Positions 9,170 to 18,556 of a DNA stretch of 32,000 nucleotides are shown here, one piece after another. A model generated the notes under the pieces. The model saw only the letters and a program-made list of their open reading frames with translations. It was not told the DNA's origin and did not search any database. How positions within the stretch are numbered: the first letter of the stretch is position 1; each line of letters opens with the position of its first letter. The stretch lies in the NCBI RefSeq assembly GCF_019464535.1, contig NZ_CP080507.1:3420001-3452000 (forward strand). Direction: 5' to 3'. The DNA is from Horticoccus luteus. GTDB lineage: Bacteria > Verrucomicrobiota > Verrucomicrobiia > Opitutales > Opitutaceae. A program made the position numbers and the translations under genes.

Positions 9170-10570
9170 TCACTTCAAAATTTTCCGCCACCGCGCGAAC
9201 TGCCGCTTCACCTGCGCCGGACCCGGCATGCCCGTCCCCGTGCGTTTCGTCAGCGCCCGCTTCAGGTCAAACACCTGCGCCCAATCGTCGCCAAAGCCCG
9301 CGTGCACCTGCTGCACGTCCGCCGTCGCGAGCGCGTTGAGCGCCACGCCGTTCGTCTCCGCCAGTTTCACCACCGCGCCCACCGCGTGATGCGCGTCGCG
9401 AAACGCCACGCCCTGCATCACCAGATAGTCCGCGAGGTCCGTCGCCAGCAGCGCCGGATCCGCCACCGCCGCCCCACACCGCGCGCGCACCACCTCCATG
9501 CCACCGAGCGTGCCCGCGAGCACGTCCGCACACATCGCCGTCTGGTCAAACGTGTCGAACACCGGCGGCTTGTCCTCCTGCAAATCGCGATTGTAGGTCA
9601 GCGGCAAGCCCTTCGCCAGCGTCAGCAGCGTGTGCAGATTCCCCTGCAACCGCGCCGATTTTCCCCGCAGCAATTCGCAGGAATCCGGATTTTTCTTCTG
9701 CGGCATCAACGACGAGCCCGTGCAAAACGCGTCCGGCAGCTCGATGAATTTGAACTCCGCGCTGCTCCACAAAATCAGATCCTCCGCGATGCGCGACGCG
9801 TGCACCCCGAACAACGCCCCCGCCGCCGCGAATTCGATGAACACGTCGCGGTCCGCCACGGTATCCATCGAGTTTTGCGTCACCTGCGGCCGCCCTTTCG
9901 CATCCACGAAACCCAGTGCTTTCGCCGTGAATTCCCGATCGATGGGCAACGTCGTGCCGGCGATCGCGCCCGACCCCAGCGGACACCAATTCGCATGCGC
10001 CGCCACCTCCGCCAACCGCTGCCGGTCGCGCTCCAGCATTTCCAGCCACGCGAAAAGATGATGCGCCAGCAGCACCGGCTGCGCCCGCTGCAGATGCGTG
10101 TAGCCGGGGATGAGCACATCCGCATTCGCCTCCGCCGCCGCGAGCAGCGCCCGCTCCGCGCCGCGAATCTTCTCCTGCAGCACGCCGCACGCGTGCTTGA
10201 AAAACAACCGCATATCCGTCGCCACCTGGTCATTGCGGCTGCGCGCCGTGTGCAGCTTTGCCGCCGCCGGCACGCGTTTCGTCAACGCCTGCTCGATGTT
10301 CATGTGCACGTCCTCGAACTTCGTCTCCCACGTGAATTTCCCCGCCGCGATCTCCGCGAGAATGGCGTCGAGCCCCGCGTGAATCGCGTCGCGTTCCTGC
10401 TTCGTGATCAAGCCGACGTGCGCGAGCATGGCCGAGTGGGCCTTGCTCCCCGCGATGTCGAACGGCGCCAGCCGCCGGTCAAACGAGACGGACTCGCTGA
10501 ACTGCAGCATTAACTCGGCGGGCCCCGCACTGAAGCGACCGCCCCACGTAGCTTGGGAAGACTTGGCCAT
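9170..10570 (-). CDS. argH: Argininosuccinate lyase
   Basis: 466 aa. N-terminus is WGGRFSAGP. The fumarate-lyase family signature [12 protein letters not shown] is present, as is [11 protein letters not shown]-like [11 protein letters not shown]. Confidence 0.95.
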   Translation of the reverse strand: MAKSSQATWGGRFSAGPAELMLQFSESVSFDRRLAPFDIAGSKAHSAMLAHVGLITKQERDAIHAGLDAILAEIAAGKFTWETKFEDVHMNIEQALTKRVPAAAKLHTARSRNDQVATDMRLFFKHACGVLQEKIRGAERALLAAAEANADVLIPGYTHLQRAQPVLLAHHLFAWLEMLERDRQRLAEVAAHANWCPLGSGAIAGTTLPIDREFTAKALGFVDAKGRPQVTQNSMDTVADRDVFIEFAAAGALFGVHASRIAEDLILWSSAEFKFIELPDAFCTGSSLMPQKKNPDSCELLRGKSARLQGNLHTLLTLAKGLPLTYNRDLQEDKPPVFDTFDQTAMCADVLAGTLGGMEVVRARCGAAVADPALLATDLADYLVMQGVAFRDAHHAVGAVVKLAETNGVALNALATADVQQVHAGFGDDWAQVFDLKRALTKRTGTGMPGPAQVKRQFARWRKILK

Positions 10571-10669
10571 GGCGTTTCGACAACACGTCCCCTCCTCCTC
10601 CCGCGCAACGCGAAACTATGCCCCCTGCTCTTGACCTCCTCGCCCGCCCGACCCCGCGCCTCTCGCTTT

Positions 10670-10685
10670 CTCGTGCTCGTGCTCG
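10670..10685. repeat. Hexamer microrepeat (CTCGTG) x2.7, copy 1
   Basis: The 15-nt core tcgtgctcgtgctcg at 10671-10685 is identical to 10860-10874. Confidence 0.8.
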
Positions 10686-10756
10686 CCCTGCCCCAAACCT
10701 CCGTCGCCATCGCGGGGCAAACGCCCGTGCCCGGGCAAACCCGCTGCCCCATGTGG

Positions 10757-10806
10757 GCGGGGTGCCCTCACCCCGCATTCCCGATCGCGGGGTCAGGGCA
10801 CCCCGC
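10757..10806. repeat. Compound (nested) palindrome in the argH-upstream intergenic region
   Basis: gcggggtgccctcaccccgc (10757-10776), a 10-nt spacer, then gcggggtcagggcaccccgc (10787-10806). The two 20-mers are reverse complements of each other except for one position. Each arm is also self-complementary (gcggggtg/caccccgc). Confidence 0.8.
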
Positions 10807-10858
10807 CCACCTCATGCCATCTACCTCCCGACATCGCGTGCGGCGTGCCGCACTCTTG

Positions 10859-10875
10859 ATCGTGCTCGTGCTCGT
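10859..10875. repeat. Hexamer microrepeat (CTCGTG-type), copy 2
   Basis: The core tcgtgctcgtgctcg at 10860-10874 is a direct repeat of 10671-10685, offset by 189 nt. Confidence 0.8.
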
Positions 10876-10946
10876 AATCTTACTCCCCTTCCCGCTCATC
10901 CCGCCCTCCGCTTGACCCGCTCCCGCCCCCTCGCACAGTCCGCCCC

Positions 10947-11432
10947 ATGGCGCCGCGGCGATCCCTTCTCACCGTTTTCCCCGCGTGGCTCATCGCCGCC
11001 GCGGCGCTCATGCTCACGCTCGCGCCCGCTACCCGCGCGGCGATCATCGATCGCGTCGAAATCGCGCCGACTAAAACCTCCATCTACATCGGCAGCGTGG
11101 CGATGACGATGGCGCCCTTCGAACGCCACGGCGAACGCTACGACTCCACCTACCACGCCAAAATCCGCCCGTATTTCTTCTACAGCGAGAGCGGCCGCCT
11201 CTCCATCGACGTATCCGACGCCGCCCTCGCGCAGCTCGCCCGCGGTGAACCCATCGAATTCAAGGGCGAAGGCTACCGCGACGACGGTGCCAAACGCGGC
11301 ATCGCCGGCCGCGCCGTGCCCACCGATGCCACGTCCGGCCAGATCAAAGTGCGCGTCTATGTCACGACCCGCATCGTCCTCGTCTTCAACACCACGTATC
11401 GCTTCGTCGGCGAACCAACTACGGCGCCATAA
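10947..11432 (+). CDS. Hypothetical secreted protein (no family recognised)
   Basis: 161 aa. Signal-peptide-like N-terminus MAPRRSLLTVFPAWLIAAAALMLTLAPATRAA. The mature part has a balanced, non-shadow composition (IDRVEIAPTKTSIYIGSVAMTM...KVRVYVTTRIVLVFNTTYRFVGE). Confidence 0.6.
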   Translation: MAPRRSLLTVFPAWLIAAAALMLTLAPATRAAIIDRVEIAPTKTSIYIGSVAMTMAPFERHGERYDSTYHAKIRPYFFYSESGRLSIDVSDAALAQLARGEPIEFKGEGYRDDGAKRGIAGRAVPTDATSGQIKVRVYVTTRIVLVFNTTYRFVGEPTTAP

Positions 11433-11447
11433 TCGCCAGCGGCCCGC

Positions 11448-11879
11448 TCACGCGCCCCACACAAACTCGATCGGCCGCTCCACTGCGGCGTCGAGCGTCC
11501 GATGCACCGGACACCCATGCGCCGCCGCTTCGAGCGAGCGCCCGAGTTCCTCGGTCCGTTCCAACGGCACCCAGATTTTCGTCGCGAGCCGCGCGATGCG
11601 CCGCGGCGGTTGTGTCGACATTTCCTTCGTCACTTCAAACCGCACCCCGCGCAACTCCACGCCCCGCGCCCGCGCCGCGATCGCCATCGTCGTCACGATG
11701 CACGTGCCATACGCCGTCGCCACCAGGTCCGTCGGCGAAAACGCCTCGCCGCGCCCCTGATTGTCCTTCGGTGCATCCGTGGCGAGCCGGCTGCCCGACG
11801 GTCCGTGCTGCGCGTTGCAATGCAAATCCCCCTCGTATTCGCCCGTGATGGTGACCATGCACGCCACTCTGCGCGTCAT
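11448..11879 (-). CDS. OsmC/Ohr-family peroxiredoxin-like protein
   Basis: 143 aa. Size and the two conserved Cys contexts (AYGTCIVTTM and AAHGCPVHRTL) fit the OsmC family. The start may be Met8 (11858). Confidence 0.75.
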   Translation of the reverse strand: MTRRVACMVTITGEYEGDLHCNAQHGPSGSRLATDAPKDNQGRGEAFSPTDLVATAYGTCIVTTMAIAARARGVELRGVRFEVTKEMSTQPPRRIARLATKIWVPLERTEELGRSLEAAAHGCPVHRTLDAAVERPIEFVWGA

Positions 11880-11904
11880 CGTTTCCCGCGCAACCTTTCC
11901 CGTC

Positions 11905-13164
11905 TCACGCCGCCGCCCGCCGCCGCAAGTTCGGCAGAAACACCGTCAGGATCCCGATCAACGGCAGATACGCGCAGAGCGCGAACACATGCTCGATGCT
12001 CGTATGATCCGCCAGCACGCCCAGCGCCGAAGCCGCGATTCCGCTCATGCCAAACGCGAAGCCAAAAAACAGCCCGGCGACGAGCCCCACCTTCCCCGGA
12101 ATCAACTCCTGCGCATACACAAGGATCGCGGAAAACGCCGACGCCAGAATCGCGCCGATGAACACGCTCAACACCACCGTCGCCACCAACCCCACGTGCG
12201 GCAGCACCAGCGAGAACGGCGCCACGCCGAGAATCGAAAACCAAATCACATATTTGCGCCCAAACCGGTCGCCCAGCGGCCCGCCCAAAATCGTCCCCGC
12301 GGCCACGGCGAACAGGAAAACAAACAAGTAGATTTGCGACCCTTGCACCGACACACCGAACCGGTGGATGAGGTAGAACGTGTAATAGTTCGTGAGGCTC
12401 ACGAGGTAGAAATATTTCGAGAACACCAGCGCCAGCAGCACCGAGATCGCCAGCGCCACGCGCCCGCGCGGCAGGTCCGCCTTCACCACGGCCGCGTTCG
12501 TCCCGCGCTTCTTCGCCCGCTCCATGTGGCGCGCATACCAGCCGCCCACCTGCGCCAGCACGAAAATCCCCAGCAGCGCCAGCGCCGCGAACCACACGAT
12601 CGAACGCTGCCCATGCGGCACGATGAACCACGCCGCCAGCAACGGCCCCAGCGACGTCCCGAAATTTCCGCCCACCTGAAACACCGCCTGCGCAAACCCG
12701 TGCCGCTGCCCCGCCGCCATGTGCGCCACGCGCGACGCCTCCGGGTGAAACACCGACGAGCCCGTCCCCACCAGCGCCGAAGCGACCAGCAACATGTGGA
12801 AATTCGGCGCCAACGCCACCATCACGATGCCGACCAGCGTGAACCCCATCCCCACCGCCAGCGAATACGGCTTCGGCCGCCGGTCCGTGTAGACGCCCAC
12901 CAGCGGCTGCAACAACGACGCCGTCATCTGATACGTCAGCGTGATCAACCCGATTTGCGTGAAGCTCAACTGAAACGAATCCTTCAGCATCGGATAGATC
13001 GAAGGCAGCAAAGCCTGGATCGTGTCGTTCAGCAGATGGGAGAAACTCAACGCGAGGAGGACCTTCGTCACGGTCTCCTGCACGTGATGCGTCGAGGCGC
13101 CCATGGAGGATGTCGATGCGGACATAAAGGGGCTACTCATCGCGCCCCCGCCCCCGCCGGTCAA
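11905..13164 (-). CDS. MFS transporter, Fsr (fosmidomycin-resistance)-like
   Basis: About 12 predicted TM segments. The LALSFSHLLNDTIQALLPSIYPMLKDSFQLSFTQIGLITLTYQMTASLLQPLVGVYTDR block is typical of FSR-family MFS proteins. The likely true start is an internal Met (for example MSSPFM at 13140), because the first 8 codons are Gly-rich. Confidence 0.85.
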   Translation of the reverse strand: MTGGGGGAMSSPFMSASTSSMGASTHHVQETVTKVLLALSFSHLLNDTIQALLPSIYPMLKDSFQLSFTQIGLITLTYQMTASLLQPLVGVYTDRRPKPYSLAVGMGFTLVGIVMVALAPNFHMLLVASALVGTGSSVFHPEASRVAHMAAGQRHGFAQAVFQVGGNFGTSLGPLLAAWFIVPHGQRSIVWFAALALLGIFVLAQVGGWYARHMERAKKRGTNAAVVKADLPRGRVALAISVLLALVFSKYFYLVSLTNYYTFYLIHRFGVSVQGSQIYLFVFLFAVAAGTILGGPLGDRFGRKYVIWFSILGVAPFSLVLPHVGLVATVVLSVFIGAILASAFSAILVYAQELIPGKVGLVAGLFFGFAFGMSGIAASALGVLADHTSIEHVFALCAYLPLIGILTVFLPNLRRRAAA

Positions 13165-13326
13165 GTCTCGCCGGCCCCCCCGCCCGATGCTCGCGTTGTC
13201 GCTCCGCTCCGGCCTTCCCCTCTCCCGCCTTCGCGGACGATGGTTCTCGCTTCGCCCGCCTCACGAAGGCGGAAAACGTCCGTGATCGGCATTCCCCGGC
13301 GCGACAGATCGACGTTTCCGGTGTAG

Positions 13327-14343
<1,017 letters not shown>

Positions 14344-14438
14344 CGCTCCACCCACAACTGAGCCATGGCGCCCGTTAGAGAAAACCAATACCGTGCCTGA
14401 CGCTCGCGCTTTCGCCCGATTCTCATCCGTTACAACCC

Positions 14439-15497
14439 ATGTCCAAACCCGTCGCCCGTTCCGTCAAAGCCTACTCCGCCGCCAGCGCCTCCGCCCCGCT
14501 CGCCGCCGCCACCATCCCGCGCCGCGAGCCGACCAGCCGCGATGTTGAAATCGACATTCTCTACTGCGGCGTTTGTCACTCCGACCTCCATTTCGCGCGC
14601 AACGAATGGCACTTCACGCAATATCCCGCCGTGCCCGGCCACGAGATCATCGGCCGCGTCACCAAGGTCGGCGCGGACGTCACGCAGTTCAAACCCGGCG
14701 ACATCGCCGGCGTCGGCTGCATGGTGGATGCCGACTTGAGCTGCCCCTATTGCCGCAAGGGCTTGGAACAGTTCTCCCCGTCGATGGTGATGACCTACGG
14801 TTCGCAGGATAAACACCTCAACCTCCCCACCTACGGCGGCTACTCGGCCACGATCGTGGTCGACCAACATTTTGTCCTGCGCGTCCCCGGCAACCTCGAC
14901 CTCGCCGGCGTGGCGCCACTCCTGTGCGCCGGCATCACGACCTTCTCCCCCCTGCGCCACTGGCAGGTCGGCCCCGGCAAAAAAGTCGGTATCGTCGGCC
15001 TCGGCGGACTCGGCCACATGGGCGTGAAATTCGCCCGGGCGTTTGGCGCCCATGTCGTCGTCTTCACCACGTCCGCCCGCAAGGAGGCCGACGCGATCCG
15101 GCTCGGCGCCCACGAGGTGGTCGTCTCCAGCGAACCCGACGCCATGGCGAAACAAGCCGGCACGTTCGATTTCATCCTCGATTGCGTCTCCGCCGACCAC
15201 GACATCAACGCCTACCTCGCCCTCCTCGCCGTCGACGGCAACCTCACGTTGGTCGGCGCGCCCGGGCAGCCGCTCCCCGTCGCACCCATGTCCCTGATTT
15301 TCGGCCGCAAGAGCTTCTCCGGCTCGCTCATCGGCGGCGTCGCGGAGACGCAGGAGATGCTCGATTTTTGCGGCCGGCACGGCATCACCGCCGACATCGA
15401 AATGATCCGCATGGATCAGATCAACGCCGCCTACGAACGCATGCTCAAGGGCGATGTGAAATACCGCTTCGTCATCGATATGGCTTCGCTCGCGTGA
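14439..15497 (+). CDS. Zn-dependent NAD(P)-alcohol dehydrogenase, YahK/cinnamyl-ADH-like (MDR superfamily)
   Basis: 352 aa. Motifs seen: YCGVCHSDLH, VPGHEIIGRV, PLLCAGITTFSPL, GIVGLGGLGHMG, C-terminal GDVKYRFVID. Confidence 0.92.
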   Translation: MSKPVARSVKAYSAASASAPLAAATIPRREPTSRDVEIDILYCGVCHSDLHFARNEWHFTQYPAVPGHEIIGRVTKVGADVTQFKPGDIAGVGCMVDADLSCPYCRKGLEQFSPSMVMTYGSQDKHLNLPTYGGYSATIVVDQHFVLRVPGNLDLAGVAPLLCAGITTFSPLRHWQVGPGKKVGIVGLGGLGHMGVKFARAFGAHVVVFTTSARKEADAIRLGAHEVVVSSEPDAMAKQAGTFDFILDCVSADHDINAYLALLAVDGNLTLVGAPGQPLPVAPMSLIFGRKSFSGSLIGGVAETQEMLDFCGRHGITADIEMIRMDQINAAYERMLKGDVKYRFVIDMASLA

Positions 15498-15501
15498 GCC
15501 C

Positions 15502-15530
15502 GCGGCGGGCGCCGCGCTGCGGCCCGCCGC
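15502..15530. terminator. GC-rich hairpin between convergent genes (possible bidirectional terminator, no U-tract)
   Basis: gcggcgggc (15502-15510), an 11-nt loop, then gcccgccgc (15522-15530). The 9-bp stem is perfect. Confidence 0.25.
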
Positions 15531-15543
15531 TCCACGTGCCGCG

Positions 15544-16353
15544 TCACTCCGCCTCCCTCACCGCCGCCGGTTTTGCCTGCGACCGCGCCCGCATTTCCCG
15601 CGGCGAGAGTCGCAGGTGCCGGCGAAACAATTTCGAGAGCTGATATTCGTCGTTCAAGCCCACCGCCGCCGCGATCGCCTTCACCGGCAACGCCGAAGCC
15701 AGCATCATCGCGCGCGCTTGGTTCACCCGCAGCAACTGCAGCTCCCGCATCGGCGTGCGCCCGCTCACGCGTTTGAATTTCCGCACAAACGCGAATTTGC
15801 TCATCCCCGCCCGGCGGGCAAGATCGGCCAAGTAAACCGGCCGCGCGAGGTTGTGTTGCATGTAGTCGCGCAATGCCCCCAGCCAAGGATCGGGCGGCGA
15901 CGCACACAGCCGCTGCAACTCCCGCACCACCGCCCGCAACAGCGCCCGCGCCTCCTCCGGCGCGACGCCCGCGACGTGATCGCGCACCAGCCACGCCACC
16001 ATCTGCCGCACCCGCGCATCCGCATCGCGCAACCGCCACGGAAACCCGTCCACCGCCGCCGCGTCCGCCTGAAATGCGATGAAAAACGTGCTCACCGGCC
16101 GCGCGTTGTCCGCCGTCTCTTCATGCGGACACATCGCCCGGTAGAACAACACATCGCCCGCCTCCGCCTGCACGACGCCGTCATCCGTGCGCACTTCCAT
16201 CGCCCCATCCAGCACCACGATCAATTCGTGAAACGGGTGGTGGTGCCGCGGCAGGTGCCAGCCCCGTTTCGGGAGCACTTCACCGCCGCTGATGAATTCG
16301 GAGGGTATCCTTCGGTGGGGCAATTTCTGACAACTCTTGGCAACGCCGGCCAT
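15544..16353 (-). CDS. AraC-family transcriptional regulator with N-terminal cupin domain
   Basis: 269 aa. N-terminal cupin-like HHHPFHELIVVLDGAMEV. C-terminal dual HTH: YLADLARRAGMSKFAFVRKFKRVSGRTPMRELQLLRVNQARAMM...IAAAVGLNDEYQLSKLFRRHLRLSPREMR. Confidence 0.9.
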   Translation of the reverse strand: MAGVAKSCQKLPHRRIPSEFISGGEVLPKRGWHLPRHHHPFHELIVVLDGAMEVRTDDGVVQAEAGDVLFYRAMCPHEETADNARPVSTFFIAFQADAAAVDGFPWRLRDADARVRQMVAWLVRDHVAGVAPEEARALLRAVVRELQRLCASPPDPWLGALRDYMQHNLARPVYLADLARRAGMSKFAFVRKFKRVSGRTPMRELQLLRVNQARAMMLASALPVKAIAAAVGLNDEYQLSKLFRRHLRLSPREMRARSQAKPAAVREAE

Positions 16354-16389
16354 TCACGCCAGCCCTGATTGCTGCTAGTCTCCGCGGGC

Positions 16390-17448
16390 ATGCCCCGCAA
16401 AATCAAACTCGCCTTCGCCGGCGTCGGCGGGATGGGCCAGGCCGCCCACCTCCGCAACTACGCCACGCTCCACGATGACTGCGAAGTCGTCGCCCTCGCC
16501 GAACTCCGCCCCCGGCTCGCGCAAGATGTCGCCCGCAAATACAACATCCCGCGCACCTACCCCACTATCGCCGCCATGCTCGCACAGGAGCACGTCGACG
16601 GCATCGTCGCCTCCCAGCCGTTCTCGCGCCACGGCGTGCTCGTCCCCGAAATCGCGCAAGCCCGCGTCCCGATCTTCACCGAGAAACCCCTCGCCGCTTC
16701 CGTCGCCGTCGGTGAACGCATCGTCGAGTCCGTCGCCGCCGCCGGCACCTGGCACATGGTCGGTTACCACAAACGCAGCGACCCCGCGTCCGAGTTCGCC
16801 AAGAAGACCATCGACGAGCTCAAGCGCACCGGCGAACTCGGCCGCCTGACCTACGTGCGCATCGCGATGCCCCCCGGCGATTGGGTCGCCGCCGGCTGGA
16901 CCGACAACATCGAATCCACCGACGTCCTGTCGCCGCTCGCCAACGACCCTCCGCCGGCCGACATGGACGACGTCACCGCCAAGGAATACGAGGCGTTCGT
17001 GAATTACTACATTCACCAGGTCAACCTCCTGCGCTTCCTCGTCGGCGAACCTTACCGCGTCACCTACGCCGATCCCGCGCGCGTGCTGCTCGTCGGCCAC
17101 AGCGCCAGCGGCATTCCCTGCACGCTCGAAATGGCCGCGTATCAAACCACCCTCGACTGGCACGAGACAGCCCTCGTCGCCTTCGAGCGCGGCTTCGTCC
17201 GCCTCTCGCTCCCCGCGCCGCTCGCGTTCAATCGCCCCGGCCACGTGGAAATCTTCAAAGACCCCGGCCACGGCGCCACGCCCGTCTCACTCCAACCCAC
17301 CCTCCCGTGGGTCCACGCGATGCGCAATCAGGCCCTCAATTTCATCAAAGCCATCCGCGGCGAACAACCCGCCCCCTGCCTCGCGCCCGAGGCGCTCGAA
17401 GACATCCGCCTCGCCCGCGACTACATCCGATTGCTCAAAGGAGTCTGA
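16390..17448 (+). CDS. Gfo/Idh/MocA-family NAD(P)-dependent oxidoreductase
   Basis: MPRKIKLAFAGVGGMGQAAH is a Rossmann motif, and IFTEKPLA is the EKP motif. The track ORF begins at a TTG at 16369. The ATG at 16390 is preferred, but the start is uncertain. Confidence 0.88.
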   Translation: MPRKIKLAFAGVGGMGQAAHLRNYATLHDDCEVVALAELRPRLAQDVARKYNIPRTYPTIAAMLAQEHVDGIVASQPFSRHGVLVPEIAQARVPIFTEKPLAASVAVGERIVESVAAAGTWHMVGYHKRSDPASEFAKKTIDELKRTGELGRLTYVRIAMPPGDWVAAGWTDNIESTDVLSPLANDPPPADMDDVTAKEYEAFVNYYIHQVNLLRFLVGEPYRVTYADPARVLLVGHSASGIPCTLEMAAYQTTLDWHETALVAFERGFVRLSLPAPLAFNRPGHVEIFKDPGHGATPVSLQPTLPWVHAMRNQALNFIKAIRGEQPAPCLAPEALEDIRLARDYIRLLKGV

Positions 17449-17452
17449 CGCC

Positions 17453-18556
17453 ATGGCCCTCCATTTTCGCAAACGCGTCCTCGCCGCCGAACGCTACGAA
17501 TCCGCCGGTATTTTCGACGTCAACGGCGATGGCATCCCCGACATCGTCAGCGGCGCTTTCTGGTATGAAGGCCCCGACTTCCGCCGCCAGCACCGCCTCG
17601 GCACCGTCGCCGCCTTCGACGAATACTACGACGACTTCTCCACCATCCCGATGGACGTCAACGGCGACGGCCGCCTCGATTTCATCACCGGCGGCTGGTG
17701 GGGCAACACGCTCCGCTGGCGCGAGAACCCCGGCGTCGCCGGCCAGGAGTGGCCTGAGCACATCATCGCCGAAACCGGTCACATCGAGACGACGCGCGCG
17801 TGGGATGTCGACGGCGACGGCGAACTTGAACTCGTGCCCAACACCCCCGGCGGTCCGCTCGTCGTCTACAAACTCCTCCGCGACGCCCAAGGCCGCGGCA
17901 CCGGTCAGTTTGCCGCGCACAAACTGAAATTCCGCGGCCGCGCCAACGACACCCAAGGCCACGGTCTCGGCTTCGGCGATCTCGCCGGCCACGGCCGCGG
18001 CGACTTCGTCCTCACCCACGGCTGGCTCGAAGCGCCCGCCCGCCCTTACGAAGACGAGTGGATCTGGCACCCCGAGTTCAACCTCGGCCGCGCCCCCAGC
18101 GTGCCGATCCTCGTCGTCGATCTCAACGGCGACGGCAAAAACGAACTCATCCTCGGCGAAGGCCATGCCTACGGTCTCTCGTGGTGGGATTACACGCTCG
18201 CCGCCGACGGCGCGCGCACCTGGCGGCGGCACGACATCGATCCGCTCAGCAGCCAGTATCACGACTTGCAATGGCTCGATATCGACGGCGACGGCGCGCC
18301 CGAGCTCATCACCGGCAAACGCTTCCGCGCCCACCCCCAAGGCGACGAGGGCGACAAGGATCCTTACGGCTGGTATGTCTTCAAGTGGACCGGCGAGTGT
18401 TTCGTGAAACACGTCATCGACTTCGGCCCGCTCGGCACCGGCAAAGGCCTCGGGATTCACTTCGCCGTGGCCGATCTCAACGGCAACGGTCGCCTCGATG
18501 TCGTCGCCCCCGGCAAGGACGGACTCGTCATCTACTACAACGAGGGCAACGCATGA
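17453..18556 (+). CDS. FG-GAP/VCBS-like seven-repeat beta-propeller protein, no signal peptide
   Basis: 367 aa. Seven spaced Ca-binding-like repeats: DVNGDGIPDIV, DVNGDGRLDFI, DVDGDGELELV, GDLAGHGRGDFV, DLNGDGKNELI, DIDGDGAPELI, DLNGNGRLDVV. AAGGAG sits at 17438-17443, 9 nt before the ATG. The start lies 4 nt after the upstream stop. Confidence 0.85.
   Translation: MALHFRKRVLAAERYESAGIFDVNGDGIPDIVSGAFWYEGPDFRRQHRLGTVAAFDEYYDDFSTIPMDVNGDGRLDFITGGWWGNTLRWRENPGVAGQEWPEHIIAETGHIETTRAWDVDGDGELELVPNTPGGPLVVYKLLRDAQGRGTGQFAAHKLKFRGRANDTQGHGLGFGDLAGHGRGDFVLTHGWLEAPARPYEDEWIWHPEFNLGRAPSVPILVVDLNGDGKNELILGEGHAYGLSWWDYTLAADGARTWRRHDIDPLSSQYHDLQWLDIDGDGAPELITGKRFRAHPQGDEGDKDPYGWYVFKWTGECFVKHVIDFGPLGTGKGLGIHFAVADLNGNGRLDVVAPGKDGLVIYYNEGNA

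Noticed and set aside
10510-10752. Arg-rich 80-aa minus-strand ORF upstream of and overlapping the argH start, considered as an arginine attenuation leader peptide.
   Set aside because: Its Arg richness matches every other shadow frame in this GC-rich window. It overlaps the argH start out of frame, and no terminator/antiterminator pair is evident.
10553-10915. 120-aa ORF (TTG start) across the argH-upstream intergenic region, with two LVLVL-type hydrophobic stretches and high third-position GC.
   Set aside because: The hydrophobic stretches are simply the translated CTCGTG microrepeats. The remainder is Pro/Arg-rich, the start overlaps the argH start on the opposite strand, and the sequence is better explained as structured non-coding DNA. 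Ribosome profiling could overturn this.
13224-13272. Inverted repeats (ccgccttcg...cgaaggcgg and ccgcct-cacga-aggcgg) in the MFS/AKR divergent intergenic region.
   Set aside because: The stems are short, in a GC-rich context. The orientation is wrong for a terminator on either strand because both flanking genes point away. This is possibly an operator, but there is nothing beyond chance-level evidence.
18058-18552. 5' extension of the epimerase ORF (445-aa version). Analogous 5' extensions occur at 1266-1517 (panC), 21008-21088, 21727-22125 (GT2), 24689-24775 (grx), 28626-28793 (GNAT) and 31085-31180 (PhyH).
   Set aside because: The extensions are low-complexity and Arg-rich. They overlap upstream genes or a terminator, and family homology starts at the internal start codons.
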